Shown here: piece after piece, positions 21,283 through 31,203 of the stretch
Numbering within the stretch: the stretch's first letter is position 1
How the letters are laid out: the number at the start of each line of letters is the position of its first letter
Assembly: GCA_050246315.1 (NCBI GenBank)
Contig: JBFWWG010000008.1
Location: forward strand, 131,609 to 195,608
Length of the DNA: 64,000 nt
Direction: 5' to 3'
Source: Nitrospiraceae bacterium
Lineage (GTDB): Bacteria; Nitrospirota; Nitrospiria; Nitrospirales; Nitrospiraceae
Made by a program: the position numbers and the translations under genes
Notes under the pieces: model-generated
Databases searched by the model: none
Seen by the model: the letters and a program-made list of their open reading frames with translations, nothing else
What the model was told of the DNA's origin: nothing

Positions 21283-22346
21283 GAGATGAGCGAGACCTTC
21301 GAGCCGCTCGTCACGCGATGCACTTGTCGCACGACTTCCGCGGGCGTGATGCGGGTCAAACATTCGAGGTGGACCCTCTGCCGGCAGGTCCGACTGAAAC
21401 AAGGACGGCAGGGAAGGGTGACCGAACAGACGTCATGGCCCAAGCCATAGGGACCGGTGCGGACCTCGCTCGTCGGACCGAACAGCGCCACGACCGGCGT
21501 CCCGACCGCCGCCGCCACGTGCATGGGACCGGAATCGTTCGTGATCAAACATCCGGCCGCCCGCAAAAGTGCCGGCAGCACGCGTAACGGGATCTGGCCG
21601 GCAAGATTGACGGCGCGTCCCTTCACCGCCTGAATCACCGATTCCGTCTCGACCCGATCCTCCGCCCCACCGATCACGATGATCCCGTCCCACCCCTCCG
21701 CCAGCAGCCGGTTCGCAACCTCGACAAACGACTCGCGCGGCCACCGTTTCGTCGGCCAGCGGGCCGAGACATTTAAGGCCGCCCATCGGCTCTGAGGTCC
21801 AACACCGTGCTTCGAGAGCGTGTCCCGTACGGTTGCTTCGTGCTCTTGCGTGAAGACGAAGGGAAACCGCACCCGATCTGGAATCGAGCATCCGAGATAC
21901 CGTGCCACCGTCAGGTACCGATCCACCGCATGGATATCCGGATTGGGAACCGATACGCAATGGGTGTAGAACCAAGGGCTCCCTTCTCGCGCATTTTCAA
22001 AACCGACTCGGATTGAACACCCGGTCCTCCAGGCCAGGACGCCGCTGCGTAGCAGCCCCTGCAGGTCGATCACCAGATCAAATCGATGGGATCGGAGCCG
22101 CCGCATCGTGTCAATCCAGTCGTCCAACCGATCCTTGACCTTCCAGATGCGATCGATCCCTTCCACTCGCTCAAGAATATCGGCCCATTGCTCCTTGACC
22201 AACCAGGACACCTCCGCCTGGGGAAATCGCGCGCGCAGCACCGGAATGATCGGCAGGGCATGGACGATATCGCCGAGCGAACTGGGTTTGACCAGCAGAA
22301 GACGCCGGACATCTGGGATCGAAATCTTTTCAATGGACTCAGGCAC
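21279..22346 (-). CDS. LPS heptosyltransferase (GT9, WaaC/WaaF-like)
   Basis: LLVKPSSLGDIVHALP, DLQGLLRS, PTKRWP, TNDSGPMHVAAAVGTP..LFGPT. GTG start with GGAGG SD. Confidence 0.88.
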   Translation of the reverse strand: MPESIEKISIPDVRRLLLVKPSSLGDIVHALPIIPVLRARFPQAEVSWLVKEQWADILERVEGIDRIWKVKDRLDDWIDTMRRLRSHRFDLVIDLQGLLRSGVLAWRTGCSIRVGFENAREGSPWFYTHCVSVPNPDIHAVDRYLTVARYLGCSIPDRVRFPFVFTQEHEATVRDTLSKHGVGPQSRWAALNVSARWPTKRWPRESFVEVANRLLAEGWDGIIVIGGAEDRVETESVIQAVKGRAVNLAGQIPLRVLPALLRAAGCLITNDSGPMHVAAAVGTPVVALFGPTSEVRTGPYGLGHDVCSVTLPCRPCFSRTCRQRVHLECLTRITPAEVVRQVHRVTSGSKVSLIS

Positions 22347-24045
22347 CGAAATGCCTCCCTTTGGCCTCACCCTGAACCGCCAGATCCCGGCGGCTGGTCC
22401 GGTCCTGCAGAATCCAGTCCGCACCCTCGGCCATGCTGCCGGCAACGCAGTCCGGAGGCTTGCCCGCTTCGCGTAGCTGCGCCAGTTCCTCTCGGCTCGC
22501 TTGGCCGGACAACAGTAAGACCGTTCTGGCGCCGGCCCTCCGTCCCGACACAATGTCGCGCGCCCGATCGCCGACGACATAGAGCCTTGTTCGATCGAGC
22601 TTGTGGTCGAGACAGGCTTGATCGATCAGTCCCGTCTCGGGCTTCCGGCAACGACACCCATCGTCCGGATGATGCGGACAGACATAGAGACCCGTCAAGA
22701 CCACGCCCTGCCTCGCCAACAAGGTGCCGAGACGATCGTGGATGGCAGTGAGCTGCTGTCCTGTGATCAGGCCCCGCGCCACGCCCGACTGGTTGGTGAT
22801 GACGATCAACTGAGCGCCGGCCGATCTCAGACGTGCGAGCGCCTCCGCGACCCCGGGCAACAGGTCAAGCGCCTCGGCGTCATTTAGATAGCCGGTGTCC
22901 CGATTCAACGTGCCGTCGCGGTCAAGGAATACGGTCACGCCCGCCAACGGTTCTGCGCTGGGTGCTGAGGGCAGAGGGACGGAGTCTGCGGTCTGGAGGC
23001 GGGAGGATATCGCCTGCCGGGCCAAACCCACCACCTGTTCCACCGTCACGCCGGTCATGCACCGGTGATCGATCGGGCATTCGCGCAAGAGACAAGGGGC
23101 GCAATCTACCGGCGTCCGCACCACCGCTCGCCCCTCCCCGAAGGGGGCGGTCGTACGCCAATCCGTCGGACCGAACACGGCCACCACCGGGACCCCGAAG
23201 GCCGCTGCAACATGCATCGGTCCCGTATCGTTGGTCAAATAGACGCAGCACCGTTTCGTAATCGCCATCAGCTCTCGAATCGAGGTCCGTCCGGACAGGA
23301 CGACCGTCGGGGCGTCGATCCGTCGCGCGATGGCCTCACCCAATTCCTCTTCGCCCGGAGCCCCCACGATCACGACATGCGCCGGCCGCCCGGTACGCTC
23401 CCGACAGATCGCGGCCACCTTGGTAGCCGATTCCCCGAAACGGTCCGGCAACCACCGTTTGGCTGTCCCATAGGTTGAACCGGGATTGAGCCCGACGAGC
23501 GTCTCTCCCGGCTGCACACCGAATTCGGCCATCCGCGCCACCGCGGCCGCCTCCTCCTCCGACTTGAGATACAGTCTCGGCGAGCTGGGTTCGGTTTCAC
23601 ACCCGAGTAGCCGCAGCAGGTCGAGATAATAGGACACCTGATGAGGCACATGAGGAACCTTCGGAACGGCGGTGGTCAATAAGCAGCTACGCCCGTCGGT
23701 CGCATAGCCGTAGCGTCGAGGAATCCCGGCCAACGCCGTGATGAATGCGGCTTCGAACGCGTTCTGGAACAACACCGCCAGGTCGAAGCGCCGACCGCGC
23801 AATTCTTGGACAAGGGCCCATTTACCACCGAGCCCCTGATGCCGGCCCCGGTGGTCGTAGACCATTGCCGCCGCCACATCCGGATGGCCCTCCAACAGTT
23901 CGACGATAGAAGACCGGCCGAGCACCGTGATGCAAGCCTCCGGATACACCCGGTGGAGCGCCCGAATCGCCGGCTCGCACATAACCGCATCCCCGATCCA
24001 GTTGGGGACTCGCAGCAAAATCCGGGCGACGTCGCGATACATCAT
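22339..24045 (-). CDS. waaF: Heptosyltransferase II fused to D,D-heptose 1,7-bisphosphate phosphatase (GmhB-like HAD)
   Basis: N-part PNWIGDAVM, NPGSTYGTAKRW, TNDTGPMH. C-part FLDRDGTLN, ITNQSGVARG, CPHHPDDGCRCRKP, VGDRARD. Confidence 0.9.
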   Translation of the reverse strand: MMYRDVARILLRVPNWIGDAVMCEPAIRALHRVYPEACITVLGRSSIVELLEGHPDVAAAMVYDHRGRHQGLGGKWALVQELRGRRFDLAVLFQNAFEAAFITALAGIPRRYGYATDGRSCLLTTAVPKVPHVPHQVSYYLDLLRLLGCETEPSSPRLYLKSEEEAAAVARMAEFGVQPGETLVGLNPGSTYGTAKRWLPDRFGESATKVAAICRERTGRPAHVVIVGAPGEEELGEAIARRIDAPTVVLSGRTSIRELMAITKRCCVYLTNDTGPMHVAAAFGVPVVAVFGPTDWRTTAPFGEGRAVVRTPVDCAPCLLRECPIDHRCMTGVTVEQVVGLARQAISSRLQTADSVPLPSAPSAEPLAGVTVFLDRDGTLNRDTGYLNDAEALDLLPGVAEALARLRSAGAQLIVITNQSGVARGLITGQQLTAIHDRLGTLLARQGVVLTGLYVCPHHPDDGCRCRKPETGLIDQACLDHKLDRTRLYVVGDRARDIVSGRRAGARTVLLLSGQASREELAQLREAGKPPDCVAGSMAEGADWILQDRTSRRDLAVQGEAKGRHFGA

Positions 24046-25103
24046 GACGGGGATGGACCTGGCTGGAATCGATCGTTCAACATCGCCAGGAGATCACCTT
24101 CACCTGATCTGAATCGAGGTTGCAACCGCACCGCCCACCACCCGGGGTCGGCACCGACCAGATCCACCAGCTTGCAGGCATCTTTCTCGGTCGTCACAAT
24201 GAGGTCGGCTCGGCAGGCCTCCGCTCGTCTCTGCACCGATTCGACATCGCCTGGGCAATAGGTGTGATGGTCACGGAACGTGACATGGTGGCGGACTTCC
24301 AGTTCCATACCCCGAAGCAGGCGCGTGAATGAAGCCGGGTTGCCGATCGCGCTGACGGCAACGGCCGTTTTGCCCTTGATGGACGTCTCGTCCATCTCGG
24401 CCCCCTGCGGAATATTGATCAACCGGTCCGGCACGAAATCGACTTCAACGGGGACGATCCGAAACCCGAGGACCCTCTCCAACAACCTGACCACCGGCTG
24501 TTCTCGGCTCCCCTCACTGGCCCGGGTCACGATCAAGTGCGAGCCACGCGCCGCAGCGGTCAACGGCTCTCGCAGACGCCCAAACGGAAAATACCCCTTC
24601 AGCCCATCCACGTCGGTCGCATCCATGACCAGCAGATTGAGGTCCCGCCACAGCGACAGGTGTTGAAATCCGTCGTCCAACACCACGTCATCGACCGGAA
24701 CGCGATCCAAGAGCCAACGGCCGAGTTCATAACGATCGGCGCCGACGGCCACGATCGCCTTTGGACACCGCCGCGCGATCAGAGAGGGTTCGTCGCCGGC
24801 CTCAAGCGGACTGGCCAGCAGGTGATGCCCGTCGGACACGATCAGGTAAGGATCCGGGCTCTTCCGGCCATAGCCGCGGCTGAGCACCGCCACCCTCCGG
24901 CCTTGATCCACCAACTGTTGGGCCGTCCAGATCACCATCGGCGTTTTGCCCGTTCCGCCGACGGTGAGGTTGCCGATGCTGACCACCCTCACAGGCAATC
25001 GCTTGGTGGGCAACAGTCCCCATCGATAGGCAGCGGCGCGGCCGCGAGCCGCGAGGTCAAAGGGCCACGAGAGCATCCGCATGAGAGATCGCAGTGGTCC
25101 CAC
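24042..25103 (-). CDS. lpxK: Tetraacyldisaccharide 4'-kinase
   Basis: SIGNLTVGGTGKTP, LSRGYG, GDEP, LDDGFQH, GRLREP, TTEKDACK. Confidence 0.95.
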   Translation of the reverse strand: MGPLRSLMRMLSWPFDLAARGRAAAYRWGLLPTKRLPVRVVSIGNLTVGGTGKTPMVIWTAQQLVDQGRRVAVLSRGYGRKSPDPYLIVSDGHHLLASPLEAGDEPSLIARRCPKAIVAVGADRYELGRWLLDRVPVDDVVLDDGFQHLSLWRDLNLLVMDATDVDGLKGYFPFGRLREPLTAAARGSHLIVTRASEGSREQPVVRLLERVLGFRIVPVEVDFVPDRLINIPQGAEMDETSIKGKTAVAVSAIGNPASFTRLLRGMELEVRHHVTFRDHHTYCPGDVESVQRRAEACRADLIVTTEKDACKLVDLVGADPGWWAVRLQPRFRSGEGDLLAMLNDRFQPGPSPS

Positions 25104-25109
25104 TGGGCC

Positions 25110-26480
25110 CTACCTCGAACCGCTTCCAGTACGGTCCGAACAGGTTGCCGGCGCCATTCTGTCGATCTGCGATGATCCGTCCTCAAGGAACCCCGCCATT
25201 GCGTCGAGGCTTCGATCCAACGCTCCCTGGTTCTCATAGAAAGCGGATCTGGCCAGTTCCCCCACTCGATTCAAATCCACCGGGTCGTCTAGGAGACGAC
25301 GGCAGACTTCGACAATCTGATCGACGGTCCATACCCTGATCCCGCCACCGGCAGATTCCAGTACCTGTGCGATCTCCTCGCAATGGTCTGTGTGGGGTCC
25401 GAAGAGCACCGGCTTTCCCCATGCGGCAGGCTCGAGCAGATTATGGCCACCAACCGGGGCCAGGGTCCCACCCACGAATGCGATGGCAGCCTCATGGTAG
25501 ACCGCCCCGAGTTCGCCTCTCGTATCCAACAACAAGACCCACGGTTCCGAAGCGCCTGCGGGACCGGCGGCTTCCTTCGCCAGTCGAGACCGGCGAAGGT
25601 AGGAGAGACCCCGCTGCGCCAACATCCGCTCGACCTCCTCCGTTCGTTCGATATGGCGCGGCGCCAAGATCAGCACCAGCGGCCTGTCCTTACGGAGTTC
25701 TTCACAGGCCGAGATCAAAATCTCCTCTTCGCCCGGGTGTGTGCTGCCCGCCACCAACACCGGCGGAGACGACTGTCGCGAGATCCATCCGGTCAGCGTG
25801 GCCAGCCGATCTTGCTGCAGATCGACGGGTGGCTGATCGAACTTGATATTGCCCGTACGCAGAACCTTGCGTGAGTCCGCACCCAAGGCGACGATCCGTT
25901 GCGCATCCCGATCGGACTGCATTAAGCACAGCGACAGCCGGCGCAGGATGAACCGGTACACATGCCGCACGATCGGCCACTGTTGGCGGGCGAAGGAGCG
26001 GCTCGAAATACGCCCGTTCAGCATCACAGTCGGTACGCCACACGCCGCGAGCGCGGTCAAGAGGTTCGGCCAGAGCTCGGTCTCGACGAACAGGTACAGA
26101 CCCGGTCGCAGTCGCTCGATGAGTCTCGCCACCGCCCAGGGATAGTCCAGCGGCGCGTAACAGTGGACGGCGATGTCGGTCAACCGCTGTTCCACCGCTT
26201 CGCGCCCGGTTTCGGTAACGGTAGAGACAACCAACGGGCGACTGGGATAGCGGGCGTGCAGCAATTTGACGAGCGGCGTCACGGCCACGACCTCTCCCAA
26301 AGACACGGCGTGGATCCAGATCACGGAGTCGGCAGCCGGCCCCCCTGCCGACGGCCATGCCGGCAGCTTCACACCAAGCCGGTACAACAATCCGCGACGA
26401 CAGCGTCGTTTGGCCAAGAGGACCAGGAGGATGATCGGCGAGGCCAGTACCAGAAGCACATTGTACAACCCGAGCAGCAT
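25110..26480 (-). CDS. waaA: 3-deoxy-D-manno-octulosonic acid (Kdo) transferase
   Basis: WIHAVSLGE, ETELWPN, GNIKFD, AGSTHPGEE, APRHIER, GGHNLLEPA. Start at MLLGLYN chosen. Confidence 0.95.
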   Translation of the reverse strand: MLLGLYNVLLVLASPIILLVLLAKRRCRRGLLYRLGVKLPAWPSAGGPAADSVIWIHAVSLGEVVAVTPLVKLLHARYPSRPLVVSTVTETGREAVEQRLTDIAVHCYAPLDYPWAVARLIERLRPGLYLFVETELWPNLLTALAACGVPTVMLNGRISSRSFARQQWPIVRHVYRFILRRLSLCLMQSDRDAQRIVALGADSRKVLRTGNIKFDQPPVDLQQDRLATLTGWISRQSSPPVLVAGSTHPGEEEILISACEELRKDRPLVLILAPRHIERTEEVERMLAQRGLSYLRRSRLAKEAAGPAGASEPWVLLLDTRGELGAVYHEAAIAFVGGTLAPVGGHNLLEPAAWGKPVLFGPHTDHCEEIAQVLESAGGGIRVWTVDQIVEVCRRLLDDPVDLNRVGELARSAFYENQGALDRSLDAMAGFLEDGSSQIDRMAPATCSDRTGSGSR

Positions 26481-26533
26481 GGTCGTTGTTCGGCCGATTC
26501 GATGGATGCCGTCTGCCCGCACAGACCTTCCGT

Positions 26534-27195
26534 TCAAGTGTGCGGACGACCGGAAACCAGAGCATCGGCGCGGGCCGTCAACTCGTTCAACGACATTTCC
26601 AGTTCTCGCCGTTTCGCTTCCACCTCAGAGTCGGAGGCATCAGAAGAAACCAGGATCGGCCGTCCCCACAGAAAGAGCCCTCGAGAAAAGGGGAGGGGAA
26701 TCAGAAAGCGATCCCAGCTTGCGCACAGTTTTTTTTTGAGCAGCCGAAGGTGACCGGCACGATCGGCAATCCCGTCGCCTTGGCCAGATGGACGACGCCG
26801 GGTTTGGCGACCTGGGCCGGACCTTTGGGACCGTCGGGGGTCACGCAGAGATCGCCCCCCTCCTCTCCGGCTCGGATCAAATTGCGGAGCGCCGCCATGC
26901 CTCCCCGGGTGGTCGAGCCGCGGGCGCTGAAAAAGCCGAATCGACCGATCAAGCGGGCGATGATCTCGCCGTCCCGGTGACGGCTGATCAACACATGGAT
27001 CCGGCGTCCGCGATAGGCCAACGGCATCATCAACTGCCGGCTGTGCCAAAACGCAAAGATCATCCCCCTCCCCTTGCCATAACATTCGTGCATCACTTCA
27101 TCGCCGATCCGGTCAAACCGGATGAGCGACCCGAGCAGCCGGATGATGAAGGCGCCGACCGGAGGCACGAGCGAGAGTTTGATCCAGTTCATCAT
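26534..27195 (-). CDS. DUF374/LpxJ-like lipid A acyltransferase, interrupted by a -1 frameshift at an A9 run (26729-26737)
   Basis: Frame 0 carries AFWH, ISRHRDGE, RGSTTRGG, TPDGPKGP and stops at 26701. The -1 frame continues KKKLCASWDRFLIPLPFSRG..WG.PI to 26534. The joined product is 220 aa. Confidence 0.8.
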
Positions 27196-27220
27196 GGAAG
27201 AATCCCTGCGTCAGCCCTCG

Positions 27221-28963
27221 TTACTCGGCTCCGAGAGGGGTATCTTGGAATTGCATATTGTGCAATCGCCGATAGGTGCCGTGATGGGCCAGGAGTTGAT
27301 CGTGCGTGCCCGATTCCACAATGCGGCCTCGGCTCATGACCACGATCCGATCGGCCTTCTGAATTGTCGAGAGTCGATGGGCGATCACGAGCGTTGTACG
27401 ATTTTTCATCAGGTTAGAGAGCGCGAGTTGAACGACTCGTTCAGATTCAGAATCCAGAGCGGAGGTGGCCTCATCCAGAATCAAAATCGGAGAGTCCTTG
27501 AGAATCGCTCGCGCGATCGCCAGACGCTGGCGTTCCCCGCCCGAGAGTTTGAGACCGCGTTCCCCTACCACCGTGTCGTATCCTTGCGGGAGCTTTGAAA
27601 TGAATTCGTGAGCATGGGCGGCGGAGGCGGCGCGCATCACCTCCGCTTCGGACGCGCCGTCCCGACTGTAGGCGATGTTGTTGCGGATCGTGTCGTCAAA
27701 CAGCACCACCTCCTGCGAGACGATTCCGATCTGGCTCCTCAATGATCGCAGCGTGTACGAGGCGATGTCATGCCCGTTGATCAGGACCGTGCCGGATGTC
27801 GGGGCGTAAAAGCGGGGCACCAGACTAATCAAGGTGGTTTTTCCACTGCCGCTGCTCCCGACCAAGGCCACAACTTCCCCGGCCGCCACCTGGAGGTCGA
27901 TTTCTTCCAAGGCGGCGATGGCATGCCCCGGATATTGGAACGTGACACGGCGGAATCCGATCGACTGAGAGCCCGGTTCAAGCGTCAGCGTCCCCCGGTC
28001 CGTCTTGTGCTCATCGTCGAGGTCCAAGACCATGAACACCCGTTCCGCTGCCGCGACCGCCTGCTGGATCGTGTTGTTGGCTCCGGACAACCGGCGGATC
28101 GGGGTATAGGCCATGAACATGGCGGTCAAGAACGAGAAAAATGCTCCCGGCGTCATCTCTCCCCGAATGACCAGAAACCCCCCGTACCAGATGATCCCGG
28201 CAATGCCGATCACGCCGATGACCTCCATATGCGAGGAACCCAGCGATGATACCTGGATCGACTTCATCAAGTTCTCCAGCACGGCGCGGTTGTGGATCCG
28301 AAATCGCTCTCGCTCCACCTGTTCACGGTTGAAGGCCTTCACGACGCGGATGGCTCCCAAGGTTTCCTGAATCGTGGAGGACATGTCCCCGATGCGTTCC
28401 TGCCCGAAGCTCGCGAGCTTGCGCATCCGCCGTCCCATGGTGGTCATCGTATAGAGCGAGAACGGAATCACGAGCAGAGAAATCGTGGCCAGCTTCCAGT
28501 TTTGATAGAACACGACGCCGAGCATCACGACGAGCGTCAGTCCCTGCTGAAAGATGTCTTTGAGGACGCCGGACACCGCATTCGACATCAAAATCACGTC
28601 GTTGACCACGCGGGACACCAGTCGCCCCGAATTGTTGGCGTCGTGATAGGAGACGGGCAATCGGACCATCTGCTCGAAGAGCTGCTGGCGGATATCCGTT
28701 ACGACCCGGAACCCTACATAATTCATCAGATAGTTCTGACCGTAGTTGAACAGTCCTTTGAGCACGGCCACTGCGAGAATGGCCAGCGGTAACACCATCA
28801 GGAGCGTCGAGTCCTTGTTGATGAAAATCCCGTCCAACACGGGACGCACCAGCCAGGCGTAGACGCCTGAGAGCGCGGCCACCATGGCCGCACAGACAAT
28901 CGCCGCGCCCAGCCGGACCCGATACGAACCGAGATATTTCAGCAACCGGAGATAGAGGGTCAT
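27221..28963 (-). CDS. msbA: Lipid A export ABC transporter MsbA
   Basis: TMD plus NBD: GSSGSGKT, LSGGERQR, LDEATSALD, IAHRLST. Start MTLYLRLL overlaps the lpxB stop. Confidence 0.9.
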   Translation of the reverse strand: MTLYLRLLKYLGSYRVRLGAAIVCAAMVAALSGVYAWLVRPVLDGIFINKDSTLLMVLPLAILAVAVLKGLFNYGQNYLMNYVGFRVVTDIRQQLFEQMVRLPVSYHDANNSGRLVSRVVNDVILMSNAVSGVLKDIFQQGLTLVVMLGVVFYQNWKLATISLLVIPFSLYTMTTMGRRMRKLASFGQERIGDMSSTIQETLGAIRVVKAFNREQVERERFRIHNRAVLENLMKSIQVSSLGSSHMEVIGVIGIAGIIWYGGFLVIRGEMTPGAFFSFLTAMFMAYTPIRRLSGANNTIQQAVAAAERVFMVLDLDDEHKTDRGTLTLEPGSQSIGFRRVTFQYPGHAIAALEEIDLQVAAGEVVALVGSSGSGKTTLISLVPRFYAPTSGTVLINGHDIASYTLRSLRSQIGIVSQEVVLFDDTIRNNIAYSRDGASEAEVMRAASAAHAHEFISKLPQGYDTVVGERGLKLSGGERQRLAIARAILKDSPILILDEATSALDSESERVVQLALSNLMKNRTTLVIAHRLSTIQKADRIVVMSRGRIVESGTHDQLLAHHGTYRRLHNMQFQDTPLGAE

Positions 28964-30090
28964 GCCCGACACACCTTCAGAATCGCCTCGGCGGCGCGAT
29001 GCGAGGCCCCCGGCTCGCCGAGGGATTCTCGAACCTCGCGCAATGCTTCTTTCATCGTCCGGGCCGCCTCCGGATCGCGCAGGAGGCGCATGGCCTCTTC
29101 GCTCAAGCGTTCCGGCGTCGCCTCCCGCTGGATCAGTTCGGGCACGACGGTCCGACCCGCCACGATATTCACGAGGCCGATCCATTGTACAAGAATCTTG
29201 TACCGCACGATCCAATAGGTCAGCCAGGCCGTCGTATAGAGCAACACCATCGGCGTGCCGATAACGGCGGCCTGAAGCGTCGCCGTCCCCGACGCCACCC
29301 ATAGGACGTCCGCGCAGGCCATGACTTCGCTCGCCTGATCTTTCACCACCGTCACCGGCACCGCGCGCGCCTGAAGCTGCCCTGCCAGCAGCGTACCGGA
29401 GATCGACCCGGCTTGAGCCAAGACGAACCGAGCGGACGGCTCCCGTTCCCTGACGCGATTCGCGGCGTCGAGCAGAATCGGCAACAGCGAACGGACTTCG
29501 GATTCGCGGCTGCCCGGCAAGAGGCCGATGACCGGCCCAGTCCCCTCCAGGCCGAATTGGCGCCGTAGCTCCATTGAATTGTATGAAGGCGCCACCTGAT
29601 CGAGCAAGGGATGCCCCACGAATTCGCAGGGAACCCCGGCTCGCTGATAGAGCGCTCGTTCGAACGGGAGGATCACCAGCATCTGATCGACCACGCGCTG
29701 AATCAGCTTGATCCGGCCAGGAGCCCAGGCCCAAATCTGGGGCGCGATGTAATACACCACCCGCTGCCCGGCCGCCTTGGCAACGCGTGCAAGCCGAAGG
29801 TTCAGTCCCGGATGATCGATAAAGACGACCGCATCGAAGACGGTCGCCTTCAAGAGCCCGGCGAGCCGGCGGTAATTGTGGTAGGCACCGCGGAGCACGG
29901 ACGGTCCCGGGAAGCCCATGTGGTCGAGCCGCTTGAGTCCGGTGATCAGGTCAACGCCGGCCTCGGCCATGCGATGCCCGCCCACGCCGATCAACTCACA
30001 ATCAGGCCGCTCCGCGCGCAAGGCCTGGGCCAGATTGGCGCCGTGCGCGTCCCCGGACGCTTCTCCCGTCACGATGAAGATACGAGGCAT
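28960..30090 (-). CDS. lpxB: Lipid-A-disaccharide synthase
   Basis: GEASGD, APQIWAW, ILPFE, FVGHPL, LLPGSRESE, SGTATL. Confidence 0.95.
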   Translation of the reverse strand: MPRIFIVTGEASGDAHGANLAQALRAERPDCELIGVGGHRMAEAGVDLITGLKRLDHMGFPGPSVLRGAYHNYRRLAGLLKATVFDAVVFIDHPGLNLRLARVAKAAGQRVVYYIAPQIWAWAPGRIKLIQRVVDQMLVILPFERALYQRAGVPCEFVGHPLLDQVAPSYNSMELRRQFGLEGTGPVIGLLPGSRESEVRSLLPILLDAANRVREREPSARFVLAQAGSISGTLLAGQLQARAVPVTVVKDQASEVMACADVLWVASGTATLQAAVIGTPMVLLYTTAWLTYWIVRYKILVQWIGLVNIVAGRTVVPELIQREATPERLSEEAMRLLRDPEAARTMKEALREVRESLGEPGASHRAAEAILKVCRA

Positions 30091-30135
30091 GCGATCGGAA
30101 CAATCCAGTCTTTCGAAGCCGTAGAACGCGCGCGG

Positions 30136-31107
30136 TTAGCCACCGGCGGACGCGGGTGCCTGTGGTTGGCGGTGCAAGAAGGAGTCAATCGCCTCTCGAA
30201 CTTGGTAGGCGAGCGCCAGCGCCGCGGTGCCCGCCTCTCCGGACACGACCGCCGGCGCGCCCGTTATGATGGAAGTCAAGAACGACTGCAATTGCAGCTT
30301 GAGCGGTTCCTCATCGGAGCCGTCGAGCTGTTCCACATCGAGTTGAGGTTTCGTGCCCTGATTCACCAGGCGGCGATAGACCACCGCATGCCTGGTCTGA
30401 TAATCGACCGAGACATACCGGTCTCGTTGAAACACGCGCAACCGCCGCATGCGGTTCATGGAGACTCGGCTCGAGGTCAGATTGGCCACACACCCACCGC
30501 CGAACTGAATTCGCGCATTTGCGATATCGACATGGGACGACAGGACCGGCACCCCGGCGGCACGCACCTCCTCAACCGGTCCGGGCTTGAATGACAAGAC
30601 CATGTCGAGGTCGTGAATCATGAGGTCAAGAACCACGTCCACGTCCGTCCCTCGCTCGCCGAAGGAGCTGAGCCGGTGACATTCGATGAAGGACGGGGTC
30701 TCGATGTAGGGCCGAGCGGCCAGCATGATGGGGTTGAACCGTTCGCTGTGGCCGACCTGCAGGACACAGCCTTGCACCGCCGCGAGACGTACCAGATCCT
30801 CCGCGTCGACCAGGCGCGCCGCGATCGGCTTTTCAACCAAGACATGGCGGCCGCGATCCAGGCAGAGCTTGGCTACTTCGTAATGAGCGGTGGTCGGCAC
30901 GGCCACGCTGACCGCTTGAACGGAGTCGATCAGCTCCTCCAGCGTGGAGAACGGCCGCCCGCCGTGACGCTCTGCGATCAGGCGCGCCCGCTCCGGATCC
31001 GCATCGACAACACCGACCAGTTGACAGTCCGGAAGCGCGGCGTAGAGACGCGCATGATGCTGCCCCAGATGCCCGACCCCGACAACCCCGGTGCGTAATG
31101 CCCGCAT
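30136..31107 (-). CDS. Gfo/Idh/MocA oxidoreductase, probable UDP-GlcNAc 3-dehydrogenase (GnnA-like)
   Basis: GVGHLG, LVEKP, GHSERFNP, DVVLDLMIHDLD. Lies between lpxA/lpxI and lpxB. Confidence 0.8.
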   Translation of the reverse strand: MRALRTGVVGVGHLGQHHARLYAALPDCQLVGVVDADPERARLIAERHGGRPFSTLEELIDSVQAVSVAVPTTAHYEVAKLCLDRGRHVLVEKPIAARLVDAEDLVRLAAVQGCVLQVGHSERFNPIMLAARPYIETPSFIECHRLSSFGERGTDVDVVLDLMIHDLDMVLSFKPGPVEEVRAAGVPVLSSHVDIANARIQFGGGCVANLTSSRVSMNRMRRLRVFQRDRYVSVDYQTRHAVVYRRLVNQGTKPQLDVEQLDGSDEEPLKLQLQSFLTSIITGAPAVVSGEAGTAALALAYQVREAIDSFLHRQPQAPASAGG

Positions 31108-31203
31108 ACCCCCCCGCTGATCGTATCACATCGATCACGAACCATGACCGCGCGAACCGCGAGCGCGAACCATGGCATCCGACCTTGCTGCCCGATTCAC
31201 GAA

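Noticed and set aside
28964..29734. 837-aa version of msbA with a long N-terminal extension
   Set aside because: The extension overlaps lpxB in another frame. The real start is at 28963 (ATGA overlap).
31133..31176. Short recurring cg(c)gaacc units between lpxI and the oxidoreductase
   Set aside because: Only about three degenerate units with no spacers. Not CRISPR and too weak to call.
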